Source: Octopus bimaculoides (lineage: Eukaryota). Taken from it: a stretch of 64,000 nt of DNA. The translations under genes were made by a program, and so were the position numbers. Positions 1-13,487 of the stretch are shown piece after piece; position 1 is the stretch's first letter, and every line of letters begins with the position of its first letter. The stretch spans positions 1,903,658-1,967,657 of the forward strand of contig NC_069003.1 in assembly GCF_001194135.2 (NCBI RefSeq). Direction: 5' to 3'. The notes under the pieces were generated by a model. The model was not told the origin of the DNA and made no database searches. It worked only from the letters and a program-made list of their open reading frames with translations.

Positions 1-131
1 TCTTTCACCCAAATTAAAACTAATGTACACGTACAACTAGTACGGTATGCGTATAAACATTATCTCTGCAATAAATCATCTTGGTTCGCGGTCATTATGA
101 GCCCGGAACCGAGATTATACACACATAAATA

Positions 132-176
<45 letters not shown>

Positions 177-332
177 GAGTGCGTGCAAGTGAGTGTGTCT
201 GTACATATATCTGTGTGTGTGTTTGTGTGCGTTATACACATACGCACAGACGCACACAGAAATATATATGTGTTGATATGTATATATCTACATATACAGT
301 ATACATATACAGTGTATGTACATGCCTTGAAC

Positions 333-379
<47 letters not shown>

Positions 380-1077
380 TGTGCGAGGGAGGGAGATACA
401 GAAAGAGATAGGTAAAGATATAACCACAAGCGCAAAGACTATAATACTGTCTGCATAACTGCATAACTATAAAATCTGTGATGAGATATTTCTAATATCA
501 CACGCTATTATTGAATAAGTCTGTGAGGAATTGGTGAAACTCCTGTTGATTTAGAAACATTTGTTGTTAGAGTAATTTCTTCGTTCTTCTTCTATTTACT
601 TCCCTATGACATGTGATTCTTTAATACAGCCACTAACACATTGTGTTTTAGTGGTGGTGGTGGGTGGGTGCATTGTTATTCTTGTACCTTGTCTCTAAAC
701 TTTCCAGTTATTACTTCAGACATTATGTCATATTTCCATGTAATTTTCTGTTCCTTTATATTTATACACTGCTTAAACCACTCAGATATCATCTTCTTAC
801 TCTTCTTTTATATAAGTTTGTCTTATAGAATTTTTTTGTATAGTTGAGTGAGGAATATCTGAAGAATTAAGATATATGAGCGTTTAAAACGTTCAAAGGT
901 TGTGAGGACATCACAGCGACATAAATTCATATCGTTTTTACTACACGCCTTCGTAATAAATGATATCCATTTTCCTGCCCTTCAACTCGCTCCATTAGCG
1001 GGTGGTATTTCTGATAATATTCTGCTTTGTTCAATGGATCAATGAGGAATTACAGAATTTATATAGATATACACGCA

Positions 1078-1226
1078 GGCGTGGCTGGGTGGTGAGCAGC
1101 TTGCATCCCAACCACATGGTTCTGGGTTCAGTCTCATTGCATGGTACCATGTGCGAGTGTCTTCTGCCATGATCTTGGACTGTCGTTAGCTTGTGAGTGG
1201 ATATGGTGGACGGTAACTGAAGGAAG
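1078..1226 (+). mobile_element. tRNA-derived SINE, family A (5' half of the composite SINE)
   Basis: Head GGCGTGGCTGGGTGGTGAG (A-box-like) and GGTTCAGTCTC (B-box-like), then GAGTGTCTTCT ... GTGAGTGGAT ... GGACGGTAACTGAAGGAAG. The same blocks recur at 18130-18286(-), 39534-39684(-), 39997-40140(+) and 58927-59040(-). Confidence 0.85.
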
Positions 1227-1432
1227 TGGTGGTGGTCATGCTATTCCATTTACTTTTCCATTCTTTTAGACTGCAGCCGAAGTGGGGCACAATCTTGAAA
1301 AATGTTTAGTCCAATAAATTGTCTACTAAGTATGTAATGATGTGTGGAAACAATTGTAATGATTTGGAATAATGATCGATCTATTTTCTGTAATCAATCT
1401 CTTCATATAATTTCATGATTATTACGGATAAC

Positions 1433-1550
1433 AATCTTGAGAAATTAGGCTTCTCAAAACCAGAAAGGAGGACGCTGATTCGAAGACTACAGATCAAAGT
1501 CATCACTGGAACTGAATATCTGTAAAACGTTGCAGAGGTTTATCATTTAA
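1433..1550 (+). mobile_element. 3' terminus of a non-LTR retrotransposon ORF, probably REL-type (5'-truncated copy 1)
   Basis: Reads NLEKLGFSKPERRTLIRRLQIKVITGT, then after a frameshift NICKTLQRFII*. 51/60 nt identical to 4441-4500. Followed by a TACA-type microsatellite. Confidence 0.6.
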
Positions 1551-2239
1551 GTATATATGGGAATGTCTAGATATGTATGAGAAGATATACATAAAACAAA
1601 ACGTACACATCTGTACGTATACATACATACATGCAAATATACCTTGTTGTTGATGTTGAAATTCCAATGAAGGAACCTTGGATCTAAATTTCTGTATTGA
1701 CATGAAATCTTGAAATACAATTGAATAACGATAATACATACATACATATATACATACATACATGCATACACACATACATATATAAATACACAGCAATATG
1801 AATAATTTGAATATAATATATGATTCAAATGAAATGAAAAAATATTTGTATGGATTTATTTTTGGGGACACAACACATACTCTATTTTATGGACAAAGTG
1901 TAGCGTGAGATCCTGTTCTCATAAAACTCCACACCACCAAATGTGATAGCTGTGATGTGTTTAGCAAGACAGTTAGTCAAGAATGCATGTGGAAAGGACG
2001 TGAAGACCCATGATAGACGGGGGGGGGGACATATAAAGAACAATCACTACTGAGGAAGCGGCTATTTAACACGAAGATAATAAAGATATCAATAGAGATT
2101 AGACAGCATCTGTTATATGGAGAGACCTCCCCCCGCGCTCCACCACCACCACCACAGCCTTTAACTGAACACAACGCGAAAAATATTGTAAATGTCAATT
2201 CCTTTGCAAAACGCTTTCGGTTATTTTTACGTCTCTTTA

Positions 2240-2411
2240 GACATTTTCCCGGTAGAAAAGGATCACCACCACCACCACCACCACCTTGATCATCATCATC
2301 ATCATCATCATTGTAATTATCATAAACCAACATCATTATCAATATCATCATCATCATCATTATTATTATTACTATTATTATTACGTCATGATTATTATCA
2401 TTACCTCATTA

Positions 2412-2445
<34 letters not shown>

Positions 2446-2990
2446 TACTACTAATACTACTATTATTACTATCATTATTATTATTAATATCAATTTAATT
2501 TTATTGTTCTCTAGCTTTGATAGTTCTCTTCTCGCTGTGTTTTTTCAGTATTTTATTCGTTTCCGGTTTTGCTGAAGATGCAGAAATTATTGATGTTTCA
2601 CGATAGTAGCATTGCGATTATCATTATTACTACTATTATTATTGTTGTTGTTTTTGTTATTGATACTGTTGCTGCTCCTACTGCTGCTGCTGTTGGTGCT
2701 GCTGAGGTGGTGGCTGTGGTGGTGGTTGTTGTGTTGTTGCTAACATCATCGCTTCTTTCATTATTAATGCCGTTTTTGTTATTGTTGTTGTTATGAAAAA
2801 GCATATTGGAGGCTTTTGTGAGTGCTTTTTGTCGTTGATAATTTCTGAATTAGTTTCTGTTGGCGTGAGTGTCGCCGTTGTTGTTGTTGTTGTTGTAGTT
2901 GCTATATTTTATAATTGATTATGTTATTGGTATTGATGTTGTTCATTTTATTGTTGCTGTTGACGTTGCTGCAATTGTTCTCGTGCATAT
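2240..2990. repeat. Degenerate trinucleotide tract (CAC/CAT/TAT/ACT then GCT/GTT/GGT)
   Basis: Directly visible runs; source of the poly-H/I/V/A pseudo-ORFs. Confidence 0.9.
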
Positions 2991-3117
2991 ATGTGATATG
3001 TTGCAAAATACCCAATCGTTCTTTGATGCAAGAAAAGGCCATAAGTTATCGGTAGGAATATTTATACTTGTGATATTTTATTGCCTGTAGACGTATTATA
3101 TAACTAGTCAGACACAG

Positions 3118-3161
<44 letters not shown>

Positions 3162-3385
3162 TACTGGTAAAGACCAATGAAAGAAAGAGTAAACAGAGAT
3201 GAAAAGAGAAAAAAAGCAAACAGGAAAGAGAAAGAGAAGAGTCAGTGAATGTGGCCTAGACAAATACGCACAGAACACACTGCAACCAAGCCCTTCGACA
3301 TGCCAATACGCGTACACATTACTATTCAGAAACACATATACACACACACAAACACGCGCACACACTCATATGTCTCTCTCTCTCT

Positions 3386-3463
<78 letters not shown>

Positions 3464-3569
3464 CATGCCCATAATTGCTTGCGCGTGTACATTTAAGAAG
3501 ACAAATGTCTGGGTTCAAAGATAATCACTAAAACTACAATTTTGAAGTCATAGCAAGCGGATAAGAGAT

Positions 3570-3960
3570 ATGCGTCATTCAATAGGCACATACTAAAAGG
3601 TTCAAATACGTATGACTATCTTGGAAGTTTTATAGAAATAGTTTTAATGAGAAGGCATATCTAGCACAAGAGTTATAGGAATCGCATCCACTGTTATTGT
3701 ACAACAACATTAATGTGTATGCAGCTCTCTTAAGATGCGTTTTAATGAAAGTCATGGCATAGAATCGAACTATACTGAATCGCCTTATAGGCTTTCAAAC
3801 TGGAGTATTTTGATGAATATTGTTGAGAAAAGAAGTTACACAACGTTTAACGTAACGACCACATTTCATTGGAAGCAGCAATGAAGAATTGGTGCTCATG
3901 AATAAGCCACATTCATCCTTCTCACACCGAATGATGACTTGTCATTTAAGCAGTAAAGCA
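3570..3960 (+). mobile_element. Decayed RTE-like LINE, RT C-terminal region
   Basis: Frame-hopping motifs in the expected order: YDYLGSFI (cf. F.YLGS.I), LIGFQTG (cf. LLYG.ETW) and HWKQ..SNEELV (cf. W.D.ISNEEVL). Several stops. Confidence 0.5.
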
Positions 3961-4364
3961 TTTAAAGAAAAAAATCGTTCAATTTATGGAATGAATAGGA
4001 AGAGTAAAAGTTTTTTGAAGAGTAAAAATCTTGTAGTATCGAAAACGAAACAACAGCTCCCTTTTCCTGTGGTACTTGATTACGAAGGCAGGGCTACACT
4101 ACTTCCAATTATAGCAACGTTTAACAATTTGTTTTAATCTCCAAGTAAATCTCAATTTGTTAGCAGATCTGTAAAAATGATACCAGCCTATTATATAACG
4201 TTCGTAAAGAGTATCAACTGATGTGCAATAATATTGTTTCACACGCACGCACACACACATATACAACAGTCTTCTATTTTTGTCTACGAGTCAACCATAT
4301 CCTGTCATGTATGTATATACCATATATGCATATACATTTACATACATACTTGTCTATATGTATG

Positions 4365-4397
<33 letters not shown>

Positions 4398-4404
4398 CTA
4401 TATA

Positions 4405-4534
4405 TATACATGTATCACACTGCATAAAAACCAACCTTGGGAAATTAGGATTCCCCAAACCAGAAAGAATAAAGCTGATTAGAAGACTACAGATCAAAGC
4501 AATCACTGGAACTGTAAAAATCTTTATTATTTAA
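4405..4534 (+). mobile_element. 3' terminus of the same non-LTR retrotransposon family (copy 2)
   Basis: HVSHCIKTNLGKLGFPKPERIKLIRRLQIKAITGTVKIFII*. Lacks the codons for CKTLQR seen in copy 1. Embedded between TATC/TA microsatellites. Confidence 0.6.
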
Positions 4535-4671
4535 GTTTATATGATCATGGCTAGACATACAAGTATATGCATGAATAGATATATATATATATATACATAC
4601 ATACATACAGATATGTGTGTGTGTGTGTGTGTATGTGTGTGTGTGTGTGTACCAACTAACTTTTAATAAAT

Positions 4672-4873
4672 ATTGATTTCAAATATTAGCACAAGCAGTT
4701 TCGGGTAATGGGCCAAGTCGGTTACATCAACCCAGTGCTCAGCAGGCACACTTTTATCGAACCTGAAAGGATGATAGGCCTCGGTGGAATTTGAACTTAG
4801 AACATGAAGAAGGCCGATATACTGCTAAGCCTCTTGCGCAAACAGCTAACGATTCGGCCAGCTCGCCGCCTTA
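4672..4873 (-). mobile_element. tRNA-derived SINE, family B
   Basis: The reverse complement starts AAGGCGGCGAGCTGGCCGAATCGTTAGC and contains AAGTTCAAATTCC (B box). Same family as 17140-17351. Confidence 0.85.
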
Positions 4874-5509
4874 AATTTATAACAAATAATATCACAAATA
4901 TTCTAATAATATTTATCACCATTGTCAGTCCTCAAGCCTGAAAGTTCTCCTTTCTGAGTGTGGAATCATAAAAAATGATAAAATTATTGTCGATTAATAT
5001 TATTCTGTCTACGCTGGTACATGTGTTATATAAGATATAACAAAAAATAATGACCGATGATTGTAGATGGATGTTATGTCGAATGGAAATAGTGGTAAAT
5101 ATGTCCGGTGTATATTTGATAATGATTAAATTAAGAAGACACATGTTTACACATTAATTTTAAAATTACTTTTTCATCTCTAGTTGACTTAGTACGAAGG
5201 CAGGTTTGTTTGTTGTTGCCGATTGATTTTCTAATATTTCCCTTTGCGCTCAGAATGTTCACGTAATGCATGATGGCTTTTGTTTCGTATAAGGAGTAGG
5301 AGTTTGGTTCATTGAAGGCACTGTTGTCTCTGTTGAATATATGGTATTGGTTTTTACGTAGATTTGCGATTCATTTTAGCTATTTGTTTACATACTGGTT
5401 ATTAAACAATTCTTCGATCAATCGTTTTGTTTAGAGATTCATTTACTTGGGAAGAATACATGAAATACTCACATGTTGGCATACGAATATCTAAGTGCAT
5501 AGATTTGTA

Positions 5510-5830
<321 letters not shown>

Positions 5831-6536
5831 ATATCATCTCTACCTATGTTGCCATTCACTGCTTTTCTCAATATTCACTCATTGTCCTTGTACTGAGTGC
5901 CATTACAATATACGTGTTTTCCATTATTCTTAGAAATATAAAATAGTCGTTAAGTCACAAGAATATATAAATAACAAATGTAAACCATCACATAAACACT
6001 TAGTGACTAAAGGAATTTTTAAAATTCTCAAACAACGAATACTGTAAGGTTAATGATCAGTGTAATATAATTTTTTAGCCACAAACATAAAGAACGAATT
6101 ATTGTAACGTTCTTGATGACAAGATGGAAAAGAAGACAGAAAAATGTCACTTTATAAATCTCGTAAAATATATGGATATCTGAGAGACAGAAAAATACAT
6201 CATTAGTCATATAAAATATATTGATAGCAAAATACAAAAGATAAAAGTAAAACAAGAAACTAAATCATATATTGGGAGCACTGTTGAGATTGATTCTAGA
6301 TTACGAAAATGGAATTGACGCTGCTGTTAAAATGCTTCTCTCTGTAGGATATGAATGAGTAGAAAACGTACGTGTGTGTGTGTGTGTGTGTCTGTGTGTG
6401 TGTGTGAGTGGGTGTGTGTGTGTATGTATTTATATATATATATACATATATATATGTCTGTCTGTGTGTGTATATGAGTGTGTGTATATATAAATATATA
6501 TGTATGTATGTGTATGTGTTTTTCTCTCCAACATCA

Positions 6537-6660
6537 CTTGACAACTGATAGTGGTGTGTTTACGTACTCGTAACTTAGCGGTTCGTCAAAACAGCCCTAG
6601 AGAATATGTACTAGGTTTACAAAGTATAAGTCTTGAGGTCGATTTGCTCGAGTATGGCTG
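6537..6660 (+). mobile_element. SINE family C (3' half of the composite), preceded by its TG-rich microsatellite (6371-6530)
   Basis: TTGACAACTGATAGTGGTGTGTTTACG..GTAACTTAGCGGTTCG..GTACTAGGTTTACAAAG..GGTCGATTTGCTCG; matches the reverse complement of 39292-39462. Confidence 0.8.
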
Positions 6661-7719
6661 CATATTATGATGAACTACATCTACCAACAACATCATAGAC
6701 CCACTACCCATAAACAGCTGTTCAACCTATAACACCTTCCTTTCTTCTGTTTAGATTCAGGTCAATCTTATTTTTTTGCACTTAGATGAAATGCACTGTG
6801 CTCAGCACACGATTGATGCTTACATCTGTGGAACCGTTGATCTTTGATATGCCTGGCCAGAATGAAATTCACGTTTAAGATATTGATATTTTACAACTGA
6901 GCTAGGTTGTGTTCATTTTTATTGCTCCGTATGTCTTTCGCCGATGAGATCAATGTACAAGTGCGGTAAGGTAGATTGCTGTGACATAAAATTAGATTAA
7001 TATCGGATCTATTTGCTCAAAATTGACCTGCGGTTGACAATATACGACTCAGAATTGAAAAAAGAACCAGTTCACTTGCCGTTGAGCTATTGCTGAACTC
7101 GAATCGATAAGACAAATGCTAGAATTCATGAAGAAGCTATCAATTCCAGGTTATTTACGACAATTTCAAATGTCCAACACGTCTTTTCAAAACTAAACCG
7201 TTATTTGTGTGAAATGTCAATCGTTTTATATAAAGAAAACCAAGAATAAAGAATGAAGAAATTTGTAATGAAACGCTCAATCAGCCACTATCTACCAACC
7301 GCAACTTTCAAAAACAAATAAAATAGAAAATCTAATTCGTCTGCAACTTTTCAAGAATATAACTAGGAAAGAGCCAAACTGAGAAGGAAGTGGTATGGCT
7401 CGTATATTTTTTTTAAGATTTTCTGTTTTTTTTTTTAAATTTTTTTTTTTCCAATCAGAATTATTCTGTATTAAATAGAAACTTCCTACATAATTAAAAA
7501 TTCATATATCACTGTCTGAAATGAAAATATAAACATTCGCAGAAAAGACAAAAAAAAAAAAAAACGAAAATAGAATTCAAACAAACAAAAAAAAAAAGAA
7601 ATCTTTCAAAATCGATCAAACAATAACTGAAGAGAATTAAATAACCATTTTCCTCTTGCGTTATTATTAGTAATAATTTTCGTCGTAGTTTAACAATCAT
7701 CATTCCTATCTTTATTACC

Positions 7720-8160
7720 GTTGATGTTATTGATATTACTGGCAGGAATTATGATTAATTTGGTTACTAGCATTTATAATTATAATAATTATTATTATTA
7801 TTGTTGTTGCTGCTATCCTCAGCGTCAACATCGTCGTCGTCAGCGCCATCAGTATAATCAACATCGTCGAATCGTTATTATTATTTCGAGTACGATTAAT
7901 ATTTTTACCATCGTTGATATTATCACTATTACAATCATCACTACTACAACTACTGTTGCTGCTGCTGCTGCTACTACTATTATAACTCCTACGCAACTAT
8001 TACTACTAATTCTGCTATTCCTACTACTACTAATACCAATAATACTACAACAGCTACTGCTAATAATGAGAATAAGAATAATAATAATAATAATAATAAT
8101 AACAATAATAATAATAATAATAATAACAATAATACTAATAATAGTAGTAGTAGTAGTTAA
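7720..8160. repeat. Degenerate trinucleotide tract (TAT/CGT/ACT/GCT/AAT)
   Basis: Visible runs ending in (AAT)n and (AGT)n. Confidence 0.9.
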
Positions 8161-8994
8161 AAGAAAAGAATAACAACAGCAAAACTTCTCGTCATCGATA
8201 TAATTTAGATTATCATTTATTTTGCTATATTTATTATTATTATTATTATTATTATCATCATTATTATTAATGTTAATAAACCTTTTACTCCCGTGATTAC
8301 TTAAGAAAAACTACTCATTATTATCCTTCTTATTAGTTTCACTCTTGCTATCGTTAATGCTTTCGTTGTTTTTTTATAATATTTAATATTATTGTTAATA
8401 TTATTATCATTATTATTATTATCATTATCATCATTATTATTATTATTGTTATCATCATCATCATCATCATCACAATTATAGTTCGAAAGTTATTTTATAG
8501 TCATGAATGAAATGTTCTAGAAAAAAAAAAAAACGTAATATTTGTCAGAAAATTTCTAAACAAAATATAGAATAAATTATGATTTTTTTTCTTTAGAATT
8601 TATAAAAAATATGTTAAAAACTATTTAGTAATTTTCCATTATTCTTTTGTATTTTCCTGAATATATTTATTTTTGTTTGTTTCTCATTTATTTATATATA
8701 TATTTTTATATTTTTTTTTGCATCAAAGTTATTTTAGAATAATATCGAAATTATATTCCGAGTTATGCAAAGCGGTATTGTTGTTGGATGTTTTTTTTTT
8801 TGCAATTATTGTTATTTTGTTCTGATTTTTGTGCAGTTGTTCAACTGCTGATGTTGGTGTTTCTTGTTTTTATATTTCTATTATGTGTGTCTATTGTTTT
8901 TTTTTATTTTTTATATTTCCTTCTTTTTCCTTTTCGTTTTCATTTTACTCCATCTTCTGTTATTGATAATCGCTCTTACTTGTGTTAGGGTTTG

Positions 8995-9640
8995 TTATGT
9001 TGATGATGATGTGAGGACGATGACGATAATGATGATGATGATGATGATGATGACGAGGATGACGATGATAATGTTGATGATGATGATGATGATGAAGATC
9101 ATGAGTTCAATGATGATTACGATGATGTTAAGGAAGATGTTAATGACGACGACGATGATGGTGATGACGATGATGAGTTTAATGATGATGGTGATGATAG
9201 TGATGATGTTGCAAATGGTGATAGGGGAAGTGATGACAGTAACGTCGATGGCGATAATTATATTCGTGTTGCCTGAGATGATGTTGATGTTAGCGGTGTT
9301 GTCTACGATGTAATTTGTATTGGGTGCTGCGTCCGTGATGATGACAATGATAATGATGATGGTGATGATGATGATTATGGTCATGATGACTATGATGAAG
9401 AGGAAGCTGTCGATTATAACGATGATACTTGTTGAAAATAGTGATAATTATGATGATGATGATGATGATGATGATGATAAGAGTGGTAGTGGTGTTGGTG
9501 ATGATGGTCCTGGTAATAATGATGGCGGTGATATCCATGATGACAATAATGATGATGTTGAATATGCTGATCGTGATGCGGCAGCTTGTGGGGTTTGCAG
9601 TTTGTATTGACTTCAATGTGCCGTTTTCGACTATGTCTGT
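8995..9640. repeat. Degenerate (GAT)n tract, about 650 bp
   Basis: GAT with scattered single-base variants (GAC, AAT, GGT, GTT, TAT, CAT). Confidence 0.9.
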
Positions 9641-12044
9641 AGTGGTGATGATAACAACAACAACAACAACAACAACACCAATACCAATGATTATGTTGTT
9701 GAACACCTTTTTTATTAAATTTTGTTGTCGATTTTATTATTTTAATTTTATGATTCGTCTTCTTTCACTGATTCATTGTTTGTTGTTGTTGTTGATTTTA
9801 CTATTTCACGTAATTGTATCTGTCATGCATTAAAATTCATTATAGCATGTGGTTGTTAATTAAATATTTGTCAATGGAACATTTCATTTTTTTCATAGGG
9901 TATGTGGGGTGTGGAAGATGGCAGTGAAAGAAAAAAATATAGAAAATGGATGAAGACAATTCTACTAACACCAACAACACAACAATAGCTACCATCCTAC
10001 CATCATCACCATTGTAAACATTAGCAGCAACACGCGATTACTACGACAATTACAACTGCAACTACGAGCGCCAGGAGTACCACGTCTGCTAACATTACAT
10101 TCATCACTACGTACCCACGATTTCCAGTAAGCTGGGTACTATTTCAAGCACAACGTTTAAGACGCCAACAACACCAGCTCAAAAAGTGACTACCATCTGC
10201 GCCATCGTTAAACGAAATACCGCCACAGACCCGAACGATCACTATGACGATCAATGCCAATCCCCAAACCATCATCACTAAAATCAGCTCGACACGACTG
10301 CCATTAGCTCAACTCCCATATCCATAACAATCCCTCCCAGCGCTAGTACAATATGTTAACTAAATTACCTTCATAATAATATCCCTAATATCAATACTAT
10401 TCACCAGCGAAATGTATTTGAAAATTCCATAGCATCGCTGGTGCTATTAGTGCCTCTTTGTGCCAAAACCATACCTGTTTCTTCCTCACTAATAACGGTA
10501 CCGTTCCCGCCACACCATACAAAAAAAAAATGTGAAACAAGAACTCTGTCCTAATAACAATCACCATCACCGTACTTACAACCCTCTCACCACTAACACT
10601 TCCATCACAACCAAAAACATGGCAAAACAAACAAGCAAAAATTACAACTAACTTTATCATCACACCATTTCTAACGCATGGGATTGTAATGGAACATTCC
10701 ATTAGTATCAACGTTCGGCGTAACAAGCAAACCATTAACCACTCCAACACCAATCCTGAAGTCTCTAGACATTATCACAGTCACAACAACAACAACTGCA
10801 CCAATGCTATCACTAGCAGTAATTTCACACCAGCACTATAGCGAAAACAACGAAATTATTCATAACGACACCGATAACAACACCATTTCTACGCCATAAT
10901 CGTTGCAGCATTTATGCTCTAACAACAGCGAGAATATCAATACTGTATAATGTACAGTAATTTCACACCAACATCACAGTAGAGGCAATGACAAGTGTTA
11001 CGTCAGCTAATGCATTACCAGAGAAATCGTATCGTTTTTTTAACTCTGCAACGACGAGATCTAGGCGGTAAATACTAACATCAGACCAGCAGAATAACCA
11101 CGGTACTATTGCTTTTACAGTAATATGAACACCATTCCTAATATTCTAACAATAACATCAAAGCAGTGTAAGCCACGAGAACCACCAATTCTATTACTTA
11201 TTTCTAGCCGATAGAGATGTGTATTTCTATGCTAATACTGTATTGATGAACACACGAAATCGAATACTAACAACTTCATTCGCTAAAAGCTTACCAACCG
11301 AAACAACAACCGTCGCCACAAAACACACACATTAGCTGCGAAGATGAAACAAGGAGATCGACATCAAGCATAATGCCTCGAACCAATTGTCACTTCACGA
11401 GCCACATTATTGCAACAATAACACAAACATGGCACAATCGCCAAATTCATTTATTTTCCCCAACAAAGAAAAGCAGCACCATAAGAAACGCGCTATATGG
11501 AAGCGTGTTGCACGACATCGTCGCTGATTGGTTGCATCGTTAGAGATTGGAACGAAATACTTTTGTTATATTTATATAAGATACTTCCCATCGCATTGTA
11601 AACTTTTCGGATTCCAGATTGAAATGCCGCAGTCCAACATGTTACCACAGAATACGAGAATACACCAAAACGATAGCACCAGAATGAGCAAGCAATATCT
11701 CTCTGCGAGACGCATCTCATCAGTTCAATAAATATTATGCAAAGGATGCAACGGACTTTTAGGAAGAACAAGAAATTTGGAGATGCGAACCATGAATATT
11801 TTTCCCACAGTAATTTAACACGTTAATGAAAGTTGTCAGAGCGTCAGAAACACAGGAATCTTTTTTTGACAGGGAGGAAACCCCAAGAACGTAGCTGGGG
11901 ACAAAGTTCTCATTATTTTATATAAACATCAGTATTGAACATATGAAGGAAGGAAGAACGTGAAATGGCTCAGTTGTTGAAGAGTTGGATAGAAAGACAT
12001 AGTTACAGTTACTGAGTTCAGGGTTCAAACCTAGCTCATGTCAT

Positions 12045-12640
12045 CTGTATCGTATCGGGGACGATAGAATTGTAGTAGTCAATGGCGATATATTGGTACG
12101 ATTATAAGAATATTGGTAGCAATGTTTTGCGCTAGATCTTGCTACCCGTTGTACTCCAACAACGACGACCAAATGGACACAGCGAAGAACTTTCCCTTGG
12201 ATAACTTCGGTAATATGCAGACAGGAAATATTTGCATAGATGCAAACGTTAATCTTCCACACAAAAACCAATTCACTTCATAGAGCTGAACATACAGACG
12301 CAGTGACGAGGTCAAACCTGATTGATAGAGGCATCCGATACGAATAGCTGACTCATCGTTTTGCTCCTGCTGTCGGTGGTGTAGACCGGCTATGATATTC
12401 TTCTCTTTCTCTTCGTCATAATATTTATTCCGATTTTTAGTCATCCATATTTTCTGCACCAGTCCTACATCCGTCAAAGATGACCCAAGTTTTGCAATTC
12501 GTCTATTAAACAGAATATACCAAACATGTTCTCAGGTTTTGAAGATGAATTGTTCTGTCTTAAAGAGGAATGGTATCGCCGATATTTCTTAGAAGTCAAC
12601 CAGCGACGGGGAAATTCAATGTCTGACGCCCAAAACATAT
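12045..12640 (-). mobile_element. Decayed piggyBac-like DDD transposase core
   Basis: Minus-strand segments appear in piggyBac order across frameshifts: VD / SKKYRRYHSSLRQ...KP (cf. VDESM.KY.G.HSLKQ...KP), GIFCLID, LYQSGLTSSLRLYVQLYEVNWFLCG (cf. Y.DN.FTS..L...LY..N...CGT), KLSKG, and AIDYYN..PDTIQM (cf. I..YN...GVD..DQM). Catalytic residues are partly lost. Confidence 0.55.
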
Positions 12641-12952
12641 AATAAGCCAATGATGACAGCAAGAATATATCGATAACAAGAATTAGATGAAATATACTGT
12701 AATTTTTCTTCTTTTTACAATAACAGGAAGCGTCTAAAGAAGTGTTTTTTCATGAATAAATAAATAAATGAATAAATAAATAAATATTTCTATGAATTCG
12801 AAAGAACAGTCTTGCATTATGCCGCATCAACAGAAAGTTGAATCTAAAATGTCAAGAACAGAGATTTGGCAACGTAACAATAGAATACAAATATAAAGTC
12901 CAAGCGATATATCAGTTTGAATGTGCCTATGTAGAACATATTACGCATACAT

Positions 12953-13005
<53 letters not shown>

Positions 13006-13487
13006 TGTGTGTATATAATTGCATATACGTTGTTGTGTGCTGAATATGGGCGCTTATGTATATTCGTATAGTGTATGTTGGTATATGTGAAAATGTATGT
13101 ACGCATCAAAGAGCAGATTGTTGTGTTGGAGTGTAACGATATATGCATGCGTATATGTATAGCATACATATGTGTAGGCATAGATAAATAAATAGGTCGA
13201 AATATAGATAGACAGATAGTTAGATAGATTGATAGATGAAGAGATAAATAGATAGAGTTAAAGTGAGTTACATTATGTATACAATATACTGAGAGGGGCA
13301 GACAAACACAGCGGGAGAGGGAGTTGAGTGCGTGTATGAATAAATATATGAGCATTACGTGGAAAGGAAGAAATATGACAAACTTAGATACACCGACATG
13401 TGCATCTTTATATATATATACATAAGCATAATAATCCGAATGTAGATATATAGATACGCGTAGACGTGGGGAAACACACTGACGCTC

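Noticed and set aside
1441-4500. Exactly 3,000-bp offset between the two LINE-tip copies
   Set aside because: Flanking sequences are unrelated, so it is not a tandem duplication; the round number is coincidence.
6755-7200. Strong plus-strand acceptor (CTTTCTTCTGTTTAG) followed by unique sequence
   Set aside because: All frames close within about 30 codons and no good donor follows.
11966-12035. tRNA gene (TGGCTCAGTTG A box, GGTTCAAAC B box)
   Set aside because: I could not form an acceptor stem or cloverleaf; more likely a decayed SINE head. tRNAscan-SE would settle it.
12400-12540. Myosin-motor-like reading KP..M.GIFCLIDE..TDVGLVQK
   Set aside because: It needs a frameshift, spacing to the upstream IEF-like word is about twice that of myosins, there are no splice sites, and the wider region fits piggyBac motifs in order.
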